Shown: positions 19,540 to 30,088, counted from the first letter of the stretch. The stretch: 64,000 bases of DNA from an uncultured Gemmatimonadales bacterium (GCA_963842945.1 CAWJIM010000002.1:64001-128000); one strand, 5' to 3'. The notes: a model not told the origin generated them from the sequence alone. Translations and numbers: made by a program.

Positions 19540-21536
19540 CAGCGCCACTCCTCGATGATGCGCTCACCGACATCAGGCCAGTCCCAAACTATTTTCTCCC
19601 GGCTCTTGAGTCCGCCGGCGACTGCCACCACTCCGCTTGACCGGGTGGAGGACTTCCGGGGTGGTTTGGGTTGCGCTCCCTCGAGCACTTCTCGAGCCAA
19701 AGTCACCGTTGGCGGGCCACCCTGCGCCTCAGCGGCGTTGAGGATTCGCTGAAGCAGGCCGTGCACCGCTCTGATGGACTCTACCGGACGCGAGCCGACA
19801 TAAGCCGCCAACTCGGGATCGACTGTGCCCACCTTGGCCTGCAGCGAACGCTCGACCACCTGCTGGCGAACTTCCCGTTCCGGAGGCGGCAAATCCACCA
19901 CCAGCCCGCCCTCGAGCCGGGTTCGGAGGCGGCCCTCCACGGCCTTCATTTCCGCCAGTGGCACCGCGGACGTGAAGACCATCTGCCGGCCGGATTCGAT
20001 CAGGAAGTTGAACAGGACGAACAGCTCATCCTGGGTTCGATCCTTCTCGGCGACGAGATGGACATCGTCCAACAGAAAGGCCGCGGCACCGCGGTACCGT
20101 GCCCGCCACGCCGGGACGGCGTCGCGATCGATGGCCTCGATCAGCTCTCCGGTGAGCTCATGGGCGCTGAGGCAGGCCACCGGGCCCTTTAACCGCGTTG
20201 CCAAAGCATTCCCCAGAGCGTGCAGCAGGTGCGTCTTGCCCACCCCACTCGCGCCAACAATGACAAGAGGGTTGTAACGACGGGCTGGTTCCCCGGCGAT
20301 GGCCCGAGCGGCCTGCAGCGCCATGCGATTGCCAGGGCTCTCGAAGAGGTCGTCGAGCCGCCAGATCGGAAGCGGAGCCGGCGGGGGATGCGCGCCCTCG
20401 CGGGCACGTTGGGTAACCGCCTCCGCGCCCGCGATGTCCTCCGGATCGCGAAAGGCGCTGGAGCCGGCCAGCGATGGAGCCAGCTCCGAGGCCTCGGCGT
20501 GAAGCGCCTGGAGCCGGCGCACGTCGGACTCGAACTGGCGCAGCACCTCCTCCGGATCCGTGGTCATCTCCCGCTGCAGCAACGTGTCGAGCCGCGCGGT
20601 ACTGAATCCTTCTCCTTCCCATCGGAGAATTGCCGCTGCCACCTTGGTTCGCCACGAATCCACCTGCTGGGCCACCGTGGCGGAGACCTCCGACAGAAAA
20701 TCGCTGAACTCGTCGATACCCTCCGCCTCTGCTTCCTCCTCTGGCTTCTCTGGCTTCTCTGTCTTCTCGACGTCTCCCGCCAGCTTCCCGGTCTTCCGCG
20801 GTTGCTCCTCAACCCGTTCTGCTCCCCCGGCGAGCGCCCGAGCCTGAGCCGGCTTGAGGGGAGTATCACTCACCGCCTGAAAGGCGACCAGCCGATTGAG
20901 CGCGCCGAGCAACTCACGCACGTTGTCGATCACCAGCGATCCTACCGCCTCGAGCACACCCTCACCAAACCTGGCACGCCGTTCCTCCGCTTTCCGCCGG
21001 AGAATGGCCACCCGGGTCTCATAGTCAGGAGCCGCGATATCGATCACCAGGCCGCCGGCAAAGCGGCGGATGAGCCGCTCGTCGAGCGCCTCAATCTCGG
21101 CCGGCGGACGGTCGCTAGTGAGCACGATTTGACGATTGGTGGTCTGCAAGGCGTCACTGAGCCTGAGCAGCTCAGCCTGCATCTCCCGGCGGTGGGTCAG
21201 GAACTGCACATCGTCGACCAGGAGCAGATCGACGTCACTGAACCGGCGGCGGTAGGCCTCACCCTGCCCTGCCGCCACGGCCGCATGGAAGGACTCAACG
21301 AACTCGTCCAGTGTGAGGTATTCGACCGTCAGCCTGGGGTTGATCGCGCGGGCAGCATGCCCGAGGCCCATCAAGAGATGGGTCTTGCCCAGCCCGGGAC
21401 GGGCATAAATAAAGAGCGGGTTGTACACCGTGCCCGGAGATTCCGCGACTGCCTTGGCGGCGGTGAATGCCAAGCGATTGGCCGCACCCACGACCAGCGT
21501 GTCGAAGCGGTAGAGCGGGTTGAGCGTAGCGGTCAC
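19539..21536 (-). CDS. DnaA/Hda-family protein with two tandem DnaA-type AAA+ modules and no domain I or IV
   Basis: Module 1: [59 protein letters not shown]. Module 2: [41 protein letters not shown]. Confidence 0.9.
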   Translation of the reverse strand: MTATLNPLYRFDTLVVGAANRLAFTAAKAVAESPGTVYNPLFIYARPGLGKTHLLMGLGHAARAINPRLTVEYLTLDEFVESFHAAVAAGQGEAYRRRFSDVDLLLVDDVQFLTHRREMQAELLRLSDALQTTNRQIVLTSDRPPAEIEALDERLIRRFAGGLVIDIAAPDYETRVAILRRKAEERRARFGEGVLEAVGSLVIDNVRELLGALNRLVAFQAVSDTPLKPAQARALAGGAERVEEQPRKTGKLAGDVEKTEKPEKPEEEAEAEGIDEFSDFLSEVSATVAQQVDSWRTKVAAAILRWEGEGFSTARLDTLLQREMTTDPEEVLRQFESDVRRLQALHAEASELAPSLAGSSAFRDPEDIAGAEAVTQRAREGAHPPPAPLPIWRLDDLFESPGNRMALQAARAIAGEPARRYNPLVIVGASGVGKTHLLHALGNALATRLKGPVACLSAHELTGELIEAIDRDAVPAWRARYRGAAAFLLDDVHLVAEKDRTQDELFVLFNFLIESGRQMVFTSAVPLAEMKAVEGRLRTRLEGGLVVDLPPPEREVRQQVVERSLQAKVGTVDPELAAYVGSRPVESIRAVHGLLQRILNAAEAQGGPPTVTLAREVLEGAQPKPPRKSSTRSSGVVAVAGGLKSREKIVWDWPDVGERIIEEWR

Positions 21537-22135
21537 GCGACGGCGCTCCCCGCGGCCAGACGCTTCAGGACCTGTTCCGATATCCCTTTCAGAGTTTCGA
21601 ACACGCCGGTCCCATGCAAGGCGTCGGCGCTGAAGCTCTGAACCGCGCGGAAGTTCAGGGCGTCATCCATCTCCTCCTGGGTCAGTATCAGGTCGCGCGG
21701 GAGATCCTGCTTGTTGTACTGGAACACCACCGGGAGGTGCCGGATGTCCACGCCCTGCGCCAGCAGATTATCCTGCAGGTTCTGCAGACTCTCCAGATTG
21801 TCGTCGAAGCGGCGAGCCTGGCTGTCGGCTACGAACACCACTCCGTCCGCCCCCTGCAGCACCAGCTTCCGGGTTGCGTTGTAGTAGCTCTGTCCCGGCA
21901 CCGTGTAGAGCTGGAACTTCGTGGTGAAGCCGGATATCGATCCCAGCTCCAGCGGGAGAAAGTCGAAGAACAGGGTGCGGTCGGTCTGGGTAGCCAGCGA
22001 CACCATGCGGCCCCGGCGGGACTCGGGAACGCGGCCATAGACGTACTGCAGATTCGTCGTCTTGCCCGAACGGCCCGGGCCGTAGTAGACGATCTTGCAG
22101 GTGATTTCGCGGGCGGTAAAGTTGACCAGAGACAT
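21533..22135 (-). CDS. mglA: MglA-family small Ras-like GTPase
   Basis: [55 protein letters not shown]. Confidence 0.95.
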   Translation of the reverse strand: MSLVNFTAREITCKIVYYGPGRSGKTTNLQYVYGRVPESRRGRMVSLATQTDRTLFFDFLPLELGSISGFTTKFQLYTVPGQSYYNATRKLVLQGADGVVFVADSQARRFDDNLESLQNLQDNLLAQGVDIRHLPVVFQYNKQDLPRDLILTQEEMDDALNFRAVQSFSADALHGTGVFETLKGISEQVLKRLAAGSAVA

Positions 22136-22138
22136 TCG

Positions 22139-22600
22139 CTACCGTCCAAAGAGTTCTTTGAGGCTCGTGTCCAGCTCACGCTCGAAGTTTTCCGGCAACG
22201 GCTGGTTCTCCGCCGGCTCCCGCGGGGCTGCTTGAACCAGTTCCTCTACCATCTGGTCGAAAAAGAGCTGCACCAGTCCCACCGACGTCTCCGATCCGAA
22301 CACCACCAGACCAATCCACCGTCCCCGCGGCGTGCCGAAGGCGGAGAGCATGCAGCTCTGGCGGTTTCCCCCATGCACCAAAGCAGCAAACCGGGACGCT
22401 CCCATCAATCGAGCAAGCTCTTCGGTCGAAGCCACGATGGCGGCTCCCAGCGCTGCCGCGGTCATCACCTCCACCGACCGGGAGAACCCGTGCTGGGCCA
22501 CCACCTGCCCCGAGGTGGTCATCAGCAGGATCAGCCGGGCGGAGGATTCGGTGATGAAGGTCTGCAGGGGCGCCGCCACCCAGGGCTCGAGCGCGCGCAT
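22139..22600 (-). CDS. Roadblock/LC7 protein, MglB-like
   Basis: Roadblock fold pattern ending in VVFGSETSVGLVQL and an amphipathic C-terminal helix (FERELDTSLKELFGR); immediately upstream of mglA. Confidence 0.85.
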   Translation of the reverse strand: MRALEPWVAAPLQTFITESSARLILLMTTSGQVVAQHGFSRSVEVMTAAALGAAIVASTEELARLMGASRFAALVHGGNRQSCMLSAFGTPRGRWIGLVVFGSETSVGLVQLFFDQMVEELVQAAPREPAENQPLPENFERELDTSLKELFGR

Positions 22601-22947
22601 CAGGCCAGGCGACCCACCGCATCCAGCATCTGAACCCGGGCGAGTCCCAGGTTTGCATCGGTCGCCGCAACCGCCACCAGCACCAAATCGTTCCGGCCCG
22701 GTGCCGCCAGAACCGAGCCGTTGTTGCCCCGCAAGTGCACGAAGGTCGGCGCCGGCATGCCGGCCTGCTGCGTGGCGCGATCCAGCCGCTGGACCAGACT
22801 GGCTGCCAGAGCGGCAATCGCCCGGCCGTCGATGCCGTCCATCAGCCTCTCGGCCACCACGAGCCCGTCGGTGCCCGAGATGAGCAGCGAGCCCTTTACT
22901 CCGGGCACCTGAGTGACCCGCTCCAGGGTGACTTGGGCATCACTCAT
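22600..22947 (-). CDS. Roadblock/LC7 domain protein
   Basis: VPGVKGSLLISGTDGLVV...AIAALAASL...ANLGLAR. Confidence 0.88.
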   Translation of the reverse strand: MSDAQVTLERVTQVPGVKGSLLISGTDGLVVAERLMDGIDGRAIAALAASLVQRLDRATQQAGMPAPTFVHLRGNNGSVLAAPGRNDLVLVAVAATDANLGLARVQMLDAVGRLA

Positions 22948-23792
22948 GTGTGACTCTCCAGCCAGGCTCGGGCCTCGCGGCCGGCGCGCTCAGCGATCAG
23001 CCCGAGCCGCGCCATCGGTAGAGAGGGATCTCGCACCGCGAGCAGCATCGTGTCCGGCGTGGGTGCCACCAGAAACAGGTTTCCTTCGGGCGACTCCACC
23101 GCGATGGCCTGCCATCCGCCTAGACCGAGCAAGCGGCTCGTCCGATTGGCCTCCTTGGACACTCCGGCCAGCTCAGCAGCCACTCGATCGCCTACATCTT
23201 CGTTGCTCGGACTGAACAGAGTTCCATTCAACCGCAGGCCCTTGCTATCCACCAACATGATGCCGTGATCGCCCCGCCCATTGGCTTCGCTGGTGCCATT
23301 CACGGCGTGAGACACGGGGGTGGGCGGAGCCTCGACCGAGGCGGCCTTGGGTCCGGCCGCTTTTGACGAAGCAGGCCCACTGGCCGGAGCCGCACCGGTT
23401 CCCTTGACCCGCTCAATTGCCTGACCGATAGTGACATCGTCGGGGTCGATCTCGGCGGCGCGGCGGAGATGCTCTAGAGCCGCGGGAATGTCGCCAGCGC
23501 GGAAGTACAGGAAGGCGATGCCCTTCAGGGCGCCGATTCGCATTGGGTCAAACCGCAGCGCTTCGGCCCAGGCATCGAAAGCGCCCGCAAGATCGCCCTG
23601 ATCCCCCAGAATCCTGCCGAGCAGATCGTGAGCGTCAGCCAGGGCGGGATATCGGCTGAGGCCGCCCCGCGTCACCTTGTAGGCGGCGTCGAGCTGCCCT
23701 CGGCGGCGCAGCGCTTCACCCAAATCCAGAAAAGCCAGGCTCGCCGGCTCGTCCGCCAGTCGGGCGGTCAGGGTCTTGATGTCGTCACTCAC
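22944..23792 (-). CDS. TPR + C-terminal Roadblock/LC7 fusion protein
   Basis: N-terminal TPRs, Ala/Pro linker, then IMLVDSKGL...VAAELAGVSKEA...IAVESPEGNL. Confidence 0.8.
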   Translation of the reverse strand: MSDDIKTLTARLADEPASLAFLDLGEALRRRGQLDAAYKVTRGGLSRYPALADAHDLLGRILGDQGDLAGAFDAWAEALRFDPMRIGALKGIAFLYFRAGDIPAALEHLRRAAEIDPDDVTIGQAIERVKGTGAAPASGPASSKAAGPKAASVEAPPTPVSHAVNGTSEANGRGDHGIMLVDSKGLRLNGTLFSPSNEDVGDRVAAELAGVSKEANRTSRLLGLGGWQAIAVESPEGNLFLVAPTPDTMLLAVRDPSLPMARLGLIAERAGREARAWLESHT

Positions 23793-24822
23793 GATAGCTC
23801 TCCAGCTCTTCTGCCAGGATTTCCGCTGCTTGTCTCAAGCGCTCAACCTCGGGCGCGAGCGCCTCTTCCGCAGGCGTCCGCGTGCCCAGGCGGGACCAGC
23901 TCTTCCAGGTCTCCGCTGCGCCACGAAAACGTCCGAGGGCCGCCTGACACAGACCCATCAGGCGTCGCGCCTCCGGCATCAGCGGATCCGCCCGAAGAAC
24001 CTCCTGGACCGCCTGGGCAGCCTTTTCGAATTGTCCCTTGGCCAATGCTTCACGCACGGGGAGAAGCGGCGTGTTGTGGTCCTTGCCGTTTTGCCCCGCT
24101 GATCCGGCATCCAGTACTACCACTCCTGCTTCAGCCAGGGTGTAGATGGTGCGGGCCACATCGAACTCGGACTTGCCCAAGAGGTCGGCCAGCGTTTGGA
24201 GGTCCCGCAAGCCGTCGACCGCCGCCAGCACTTCCCATTGGAACGGAAGCAGATCCAGCTTGCCCTTTGCCGCTGAATCCGGTGGTGGCAGCTTGGGCAC
24301 GACCCGCAGGTGAGGCAGCTTGTCTTCCATCCGGGACCACTCGTCCGAGCGCCGGGCGGATTCCATCAGCAGCCCTTCGGTCGGGATCCGGAGTGGGGCC
24401 TCGACCAACGCCTCCGATTCGGCCGATTCCTCGAAGCGGAAGTGTCCCTCGGTCCAGCCCAGCAGGTCGAGGATCGTTTCCTCGATCTGAGCCTTCAATT
24501 GTCGGTCGAGCTCCCGGCGGTTGATCGCGCCATTCGCCACCAGGATGTCCCCCAGACGGCGGGTATCTCCCTTCTCCTGCTGGACGAGTGCCCGATCCAG
24601 ATCCTTTGCCGAGATCTTGCCGAGGCGCACCAGCCGAGTCCCGAAGCGCTGCGGGTTCTTTCCCATGCTGGCTGCGACAACGCCGCCCCGGTCGAACGTG
24701 ACCGATGCCGCGGTCTGGCGCAGCTCGGAGGTGACGCGCAAGACCCCGTTCTTCCGGCCCAAATCGAGCAGCTGAAAGACGTCCTGGATATGGAATTCCT
24801 TCAGCGGACCTTCGAGCGCCAT
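23785..24822 (-). CDS. DUF4388 + MshEN-like motif + TPR protein
   Basis: MALEGPLKEFHIQDVFQLL, WTEGHFRF, LLMESARRSDEW; paralog of 17922..19539. Confidence 0.85.
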   Translation of the reverse strand: MALEGPLKEFHIQDVFQLLDLGRKNGVLRVTSELRQTAASVTFDRGGVVAASMGKNPQRFGTRLVRLGKISAKDLDRALVQQEKGDTRRLGDILVANGAINRRELDRQLKAQIEETILDLLGWTEGHFRFEESAESEALVEAPLRIPTEGLLMESARRSDEWSRMEDKLPHLRVVPKLPPPDSAAKGKLDLLPFQWEVLAAVDGLRDLQTLADLLGKSEFDVARTIYTLAEAGVVVLDAGSAGQNGKDHNTPLLPVREALAKGQFEKAAQAVQEVLRADPLMPEARRLMGLCQAALGRFRGAAETWKSWSRLGTRTPAEEALAPEVERLRQAAEILAEELESYRE

Positions 24823-24825
24823 GTC

Positions 24826-27594
24826 TCAGCTTGCCCCGGCAAAGATGTGCTGGAGGTCGCGGGCAGATCGGGCCCGGCTCCGGGCCTCGGTGGCGAAAGG
24901 TCCATCCGGGTCCAGCTCGATTACCCGCTCCCATACTTGAACCGCCTGGTCGAACTGACGTTGGCGGGCAAAGCCGGTACCCTGGTGGTACAGCGCTGCC
25001 GGGTGGTCAGGATCGAAACGGAGCACCCGCGCGAAGGCCTCGAGGGCCTGGACCGTTCGCCCATCCTCTAGCAAGGCGTGGCCCAGCGCCGTCAGCGCCT
25101 CCAGCTCATAAGGATCGGCTTCCAGGACCTGGACCAACACTGGAATGGCGGCCTGGGCCGATTCCGTCCGGCGAATGAGGTCGGCCAGCGGGAGTGCGGC
25201 CGGGGCGTAGGTGGGCAGCAGGTCGAGCGCCCGCTCGTAGGCGGCCCGGGCGGAGGTCCAGTTATGCTGTTCCTCCTCCAGCCCGCCCAGCTCGCACCAG
25301 ACTCGAACCAGAGAAGGATCCAGTTGAAGCGCCGATTGGAAGGCGGTGAGCGCACCGGTCCTATCACCCAGTCGGGCCGAGGCTTGGGCCTGGAGATGAA
25401 AGAGGTCGGCTTGACCGGGCGCGATCGACTGCGCCTTCCGAACTGTCTCGAGCGCACCGGCGGCATCGCCGACGGCAAGTCTCACCCGGGCCCTGGTTCC
25501 CAGAACAGCCGGATCGGCCGGGGCTCGTGACGCGAGCTCATCAGCCAGGGGAGCGGCCTCGGCGCCGCGACCCAGCGACAGTAGCGCCCTGATTTCTCCG
25601 AGCAGCGCCCCGGTGTGCGCTTTAGCAAGAATCCGCGCCTCGCGGTAGCGCTCCAGCGCCTCGCCATAAAGGCCACGGCGAGCGAAGATGTCGCCCAGAA
25701 GCACCGTGGTAGGCGCGGTAGGGGCACCCCGGGCCATGGCACGATTGAGCTCGCCCGAGGCCTGGTCGAGCAAACCCCTGGCGATGAGATCACGGGCTAC
25801 GTTCAGCGATTCTTCGGCGGGCCCGGCCCGGGGAGTTGGGGTGGTGGCCGGGGCGAGCTCCTCGAACAACCGGTCCAGCACCGGGGACTCGAAGCTGAAT
25901 TCCCCGGCCAGCTCTTCGCCACTCACATCGGCCACCAGCTCGGGTGCGATGGCTATAGTCGGATCTTCGTACTGGAGATCGATGGTCAGCGCAAACTTCT
26001 GCGGGACATAGAGCGGCTCGAGCTCGAGCGCACGCTTGGTCTCCCGCAACGCACCATCGAAGTCGCCCAGCTGACTCAGCACAAAGCTCAGGTTGTAGTG
26101 CGCTGGGGCGAAGTCGCTGTCCAGATCCACCGCCCGCCCAAAGGCGTTGCGGGCGTCCTCGAACCGTTTCATCTCCACCAGCACCAGTCCCACACCGTTC
26201 CAACCGATGGCACTGGCCGGCTGCTCCGCCAGCGCACGCTGGTACTCCTCCAGCGCGGACTTGTACTGCCGCTGCTGAAAGAGCAGCAGAGCCAGGTTGA
26301 GCCGCGCGGTGAGCAGCGGGTGGTCACCAGTGAGTGCTTTGCGGAACGCGCTGACGGCTTTGTCGTTCCCAGTCTCACTGGACCGAATGACGCCTAGATT
26401 GTTCCAGGCCAGCTGATAAGCGGCATCGATGGCGACGGCCTTTTCATAGGAGGCGATGGCCTCCTTCCGTCGGCCCGACTGGTGCAGGCAGACGCCGCGC
26501 TCGTTCCAGAGCTTGGGCGAATCGGCGTGTTCCTTCACGAGGTCGTCGTAGAGCTTCAGCGCCGCGGTGAGGTCGCGCCGCAGAATGTGAACCTCGGCCA
26601 TGGCCTGGAGGTTGAGCCGGCGGTCTTCCCCGGCGTCGAGCGCGAGCTGGTACTCTCGCAATGAATCGTCGTGGTAGCCCTGCTGTCGAAGGGCCAGACC
26701 CAGGTTGTAGTGCGCCAGGAGAGAGCCGGGAACGGAAAGCGGGCCAGCCGGGCGGCCGGGCAGCGGGGCAGATTGCGCCGGGGTCGATTGCGCAGTTTCG
26801 CCCGAACCAGGGTGTGCACGCTGGCTGCGTCTCGAGCCCGACTCTTCCTCACTGCCCCGCCGCCCCACCGCCCCGCTGCCGAGCGCCAGATTCGCCTGCG
26901 CCCGCCCGAGCATGGGGTTCAGCTCGAGAGCCCGCTTGGTTGCCGCGCGAGCGGCCTCGGGCTGACCCAGCTCGCCGTACACGAAGGCGAGCAGATAGTG
27001 CGCTTCGGCGTAGTCCGGATTGCGAGCTACCGCCTCTTTCAGTGAGACCAGCGCCAGTTCGGTCAGGCCCCGATTGTAGAGCACCTCGCCCCGATGAAAC
27101 CGGGCCACCGGATTCTCCGGCTCCTGGTCACAGGCTCGGGCCAGCCAGTCACTCGCTGCGTCGAGCCGGCCTCGCGCCTTTTCCGCCAGTCCGAGCTGGA
27201 GCATGGCGGGGACGTCGTCGGGGTGATTCGCCAGAAGTTGCTGGAACTCGATGATGGCGTCTTCATGGCGGCCCAGCATGGCATAGGCTCGGCCCAATTC
27301 CCAGCGCGATTCGCGAGCCGTGGGGGCGCGTTGGACCCGCTGTTTCAGCTCTCCGATCTTGCGATCGTAGTGCCCGCTCTCCCGATAGGCGATCTCCAGG
27401 TTGGTCTGCGCCACCTGCATTTTGGGATCGAGCTCCAGGGCGCGCGCGAACTCTGCGATCGCTTCCTCGATCAGGCCTTTCTGGTAATACAGGACACCGA
27501 GGTTGTTGTGGGCGCCGGCATCGGAGGGATCGATCCGGGAGGCGAAGGATCGAAGCACGGTGAGATCGCGCTCCGAGAGCGCGGGAGCCGGCAT
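24826..27594 (-). CDS. Large multi-TPR protein (922 aa)
   Basis: Many canonical TPRs (AHNNLGVLYYQKGLIEEAIAEFARALELDP and similar) with an acidic central spacer. Confidence 0.9.
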   Translation of the reverse strand: MPAPALSERDLTVLRSFASRIDPSDAGAHNNLGVLYYQKGLIEEAIAEFARALELDPKMQVAQTNLEIAYRESGHYDRKIGELKQRVQRAPTARESRWELGRAYAMLGRHEDAIIEFQQLLANHPDDVPAMLQLGLAEKARGRLDAASDWLARACDQEPENPVARFHRGEVLYNRGLTELALVSLKEAVARNPDYAEAHYLLAFVYGELGQPEAARAATKRALELNPMLGRAQANLALGSGAVGRRGSEEESGSRRSQRAHPGSGETAQSTPAQSAPLPGRPAGPLSVPGSLLAHYNLGLALRQQGYHDDSLREYQLALDAGEDRRLNLQAMAEVHILRRDLTAALKLYDDLVKEHADSPKLWNERGVCLHQSGRRKEAIASYEKAVAIDAAYQLAWNNLGVIRSSETGNDKAVSAFRKALTGDHPLLTARLNLALLLFQQRQYKSALEEYQRALAEQPASAIGWNGVGLVLVEMKRFEDARNAFGRAVDLDSDFAPAHYNLSFVLSQLGDFDGALRETKRALELEPLYVPQKFALTIDLQYEDPTIAIAPELVADVSGEELAGEFSFESPVLDRLFEELAPATTPTPRAGPAEESLNVARDLIARGLLDQASGELNRAMARGAPTAPTTVLLGDIFARRGLYGEALERYREARILAKAHTGALLGEIRALLSLGRGAEAAPLADELASRAPADPAVLGTRARVRLAVGDAAGALETVRKAQSIAPGQADLFHLQAQASARLGDRTGALTAFQSALQLDPSLVRVWCELGGLEEEQHNWTSARAAYERALDLLPTYAPAALPLADLIRRTESAQAAIPVLVQVLEADPYELEALTALGHALLEDGRTVQALEAFARVLRFDPDHPAALYHQGTGFARQRQFDQAVQVWERVIELDPDGPFATEARSRARSARDLQHIFAGAS

Positions 27595-27598
27595 GGCG

Positions 27599-28216
27599 CT
27601 ATGGCAGGCGAATGGCGTCGAAAATGGCCCGCAGCGACGACATATCGGGCAGCAGCAGGAAATGGCCCCCCAGCGTGTCCGCGGCTCCCTCCACTTTGAA
27701 GGTGGTCTCTACGCAAAAGGCGTAGTCCCGCTCATGCCCGAAATTGAGCTGCGCCGTGGTGAGAACCGCTCCACTTAGATCGATGACGAGGCTGGGTACT
27801 GACGGGATCAGCATCATGCCCATGAAATCGCTCAGCGCATTCAGATAGGCGCTGGCGAGGATGTTTCCCGTTTCCTTGAGTCCGGATTGCTCCATCTCGC
27901 CCAGCTCCTTGGTGGTGCCCACGGGCCGACGAAACAGGAAGTCACACACGGTGTAGGCGGACTTCTCGGGAAAGAGCACCAACGCCCGGCCGGTCAGGTC
28001 GCCCATCATATGCATGAGCACCGCGGCAACCACCGCGTCGGCCGCGCCGACCAGGTCACACGCTTCTTCCAGCGGGCGCACAAACACGCGTGGCACGGTG
28101 ATCATGATGGTGCGGTTGGTCATGCCGGAGAGCGCGGTGGCAGCGTGGCCGGCGCCGATATTGGCCACCTCGCGAATGGCGTCGAGCTGTGACTCCTTCA
28201 GGTCACGGACTTCCAT
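27599..28216 (-). CDS. cheC: CheY-P phosphatase CheC
   Basis: Two active-site motifs, DAIREVANIGAGHAATALS and SGLKETGNILASAY, plus PSVP. Confidence 0.94.
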   Translation of the reverse strand: MEVRDLKESQLDAIREVANIGAGHAATALSGMTNRTIMITVPRVFVRPLEEACDLVGAADAVVAAVLMHMMGDLTGRALVLFPEKSAYTVCDFLFRRPVGTTKELGEMEQSGLKETGNILASAYLNALSDFMGMMLIPSVPSLVIDLSGAVLTTAQLNFGHERDYAFCVETTFKVEGAADTLGGHFLLLPDMSSLRAIFDAIRLP

Positions 28217-28225
28217 GCGGGCCTC

Positions 28226-30088
28226 CTAGAGGAGCGCCGCTGCGTCGAGGATCAACGCAGGCGCCCCATCGGCGAGAATAGTCGCGCCGCCCACGAACGA
28301 CGGGAGCCCCCGGGGGGCGTCGAACGGCTCGACCACGATGTCTTGTTGCCCTACCAGAGCATCGACTACGAGCGCGGCGCGGCGCTCGCCCACTTCCAGG
28401 ATCACCGTAGGCCGGCGGTTCGACCTAGACCCCGCCCGGGCCGCGATCAGGTCACGCAAGTGAACCGTCGGTATCACCCGGTCCCGTACCACCAATGCCT
28501 CGCGATCGCGCAGCGCCGTCACCATCGCACGGTCGAAGTCCACCGTCTCGGCGACATAGGCCAGCGGCACGGCGTACCGTTCGCCACCGGCCTCGGTCAG
28601 CAATGCGCGGACAATGGCAAGGGTGAGCGGAACGCGGATCAGAAACGTGGTCCCCCGCCCCAGCTCGCTGCGCACCTCGAGGGTTCCGCCGAGCGCACGG
28701 ACCCGGCTCATCGCCACGTCCACACCCACGCCACGACCGGAAACACCACTCACCTGCTGAGCGGTGCTGAATCCCGGTCGCGCCAGCACCCGAACCAGGA
28801 GATCGTCGGGCAGCGTATCCGTCTCGGGCGCCAGCCCCTCGCGTCGAGCCTTGGCCAGGACCTTGTCCCGGTCGATGCCGCGGCCGTCATCCGTGACCCT
28901 GATCGCCACCGTGTTCCGCTCCCGTGAGGCCGAGACCAGAATGCGACCTTCGGCCAGCTTACCGGAGGCCAGCCGCTCGGCGGGAGACTCGAGCCCGTGA
29001 TCCGCCGCGTTCCGGATCAGGTGCACCAGAGGCTCACCGATCTCGTCCAGGATCGACCGGTCCAGCTCGATTTCGTCGCCTTCCGTATCGAAGCGGATCT
29101 GCTTGCCCAGATCCCGCGAAAGGTCACGCACCAGGCGAGGAAACCGCTCGAATACCTCACCTACCGGGGTCATGCGGGAGGCGAGCACCTCGCCCTGCAT
29201 ACTGGAAACGAGGCGGTTGACCCTCTCGCTCACTTCCATGAGGACGGGATCGCGGGACTCCGTGGCTAGTGCACCGAGGCGGTTCTTCGCCACGACCAGC
29301 TCGCCGACCTGCTTCATCAGCAGATCGAGCCGGCGCAGATCCACCCGAATTTGCCGGTTTGCTCCCGGCTGCGAATCCACAGTGGCCGCAACCGCCTCGA
29401 CGATCTCCATGGTCTCCACGTCGCCGACAGCACGCAGCGCGGCGATGATCTCGGGATCGGACGACCGGGTCTGCAGCCGGAAGGAGAAGCGGCCGTCGAA
29501 ATCATCCCGCTCGAATTCGACTAGTGGGGGACGGATCGTGCTCACCGCGCCCAAGGTCTCGGCCCGCCGGAGCACCAGGGCTGCTCGAGCCCCCCGCATG
29601 ACCGCACCAGGACGAATGGTCACCTGAATCGGTCGAGAGCGAGGAGCATCGGTAATGCGCCGGGCCGGAGGTGAAGTCTCCCCTGCCACTGCCGGAGGGT
29701 TGGCGGGGCGATCTGCTTCGGCTGCACGATCCAGCTCAACCAGTAGCGCCGCATCCGGGGCTTCTTCTGCCCCTGCGGCGGCGGCTTCCACGGACTTCCC
29801 CAGCGTGTCAATCGCGCGGAAGAGCAATTGGAAGACTGCCGAGCTGCCCTGCAGGCGGCCCCCCCGAAGCCCATCGAGCAGATTCTCGATCCCATGAGCC
29901 AGCTGGGCCACGGCCGAGTAGCCCATAGTCGCAGCCATGCCCTTGATCGTGTGGATCGCCCGGAAGAGCCGATCCACCGGCTCGAGTGCGGACGGCGCCT
30001 TTTCCCACTCGAGCAAAGAGCTGTTGCAGGCTTTGAGATGCTCGCGGCTTTCCGCAACAAACAGGCTGGCGTACTTGGAGAGGTCCAT
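28226..30088 (-). CDS. cheA: Chemotaxis histidine kinase CheA
   Basis: Hpt LFRAIHTIKG, IRVDLRRLD, HLIRNAADHG, DDGRG, GFST, SGRGVG, P5 domain. Confidence 0.97.
   Translation of the reverse strand: MDLSKYASLFVAESREHLKACNSSLLEWEKAPSALEPVDRLFRAIHTIKGMAATMGYSAVAQLAHGIENLLDGLRGGRLQGSSAVFQLLFRAIDTLGKSVEAAAAGAEEAPDAALLVELDRAAEADRPANPPAVAGETSPPARRITDAPRSRPIQVTIRPGAVMRGARAALVLRRAETLGAVSTIRPPLVEFERDDFDGRFSFRLQTRSSDPEIIAALRAVGDVETMEIVEAVAATVDSQPGANRQIRVDLRRLDLLMKQVGELVVAKNRLGALATESRDPVLMEVSERVNRLVSSMQGEVLASRMTPVGEVFERFPRLVRDLSRDLGKQIRFDTEGDEIELDRSILDEIGEPLVHLIRNAADHGLESPAERLASGKLAEGRILVSASRERNTVAIRVTDDGRGIDRDKVLAKARREGLAPETDTLPDDLLVRVLARPGFSTAQQVSGVSGRGVGVDVAMSRVRALGGTLEVRSELGRGTTFLIRVPLTLAIVRALLTEAGGERYAVPLAYVAETVDFDRAMVTALRDREALVVRDRVIPTVHLRDLIAARAGSRSNRRPTVILEVGERRAALVVDALVGQQDIVVEPFDAPRGLPSFVGGATILADGAPALILDAAALL

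Noticed and set aside
20730..20770. 9-bp tandem repeat inside the double-DnaA gene
   Set aside because: It encodes the [12 protein letters not shown] linker; a coding low-complexity repeat, not the intergenic element family
19539..21536. Chromosomal replication initiator dnaA / nearby oriC
   Set aside because: No domain I or IV, no dnaN/recF/gyrB neighbours, and no intergenic AT-rich region or DnaA-box cluster
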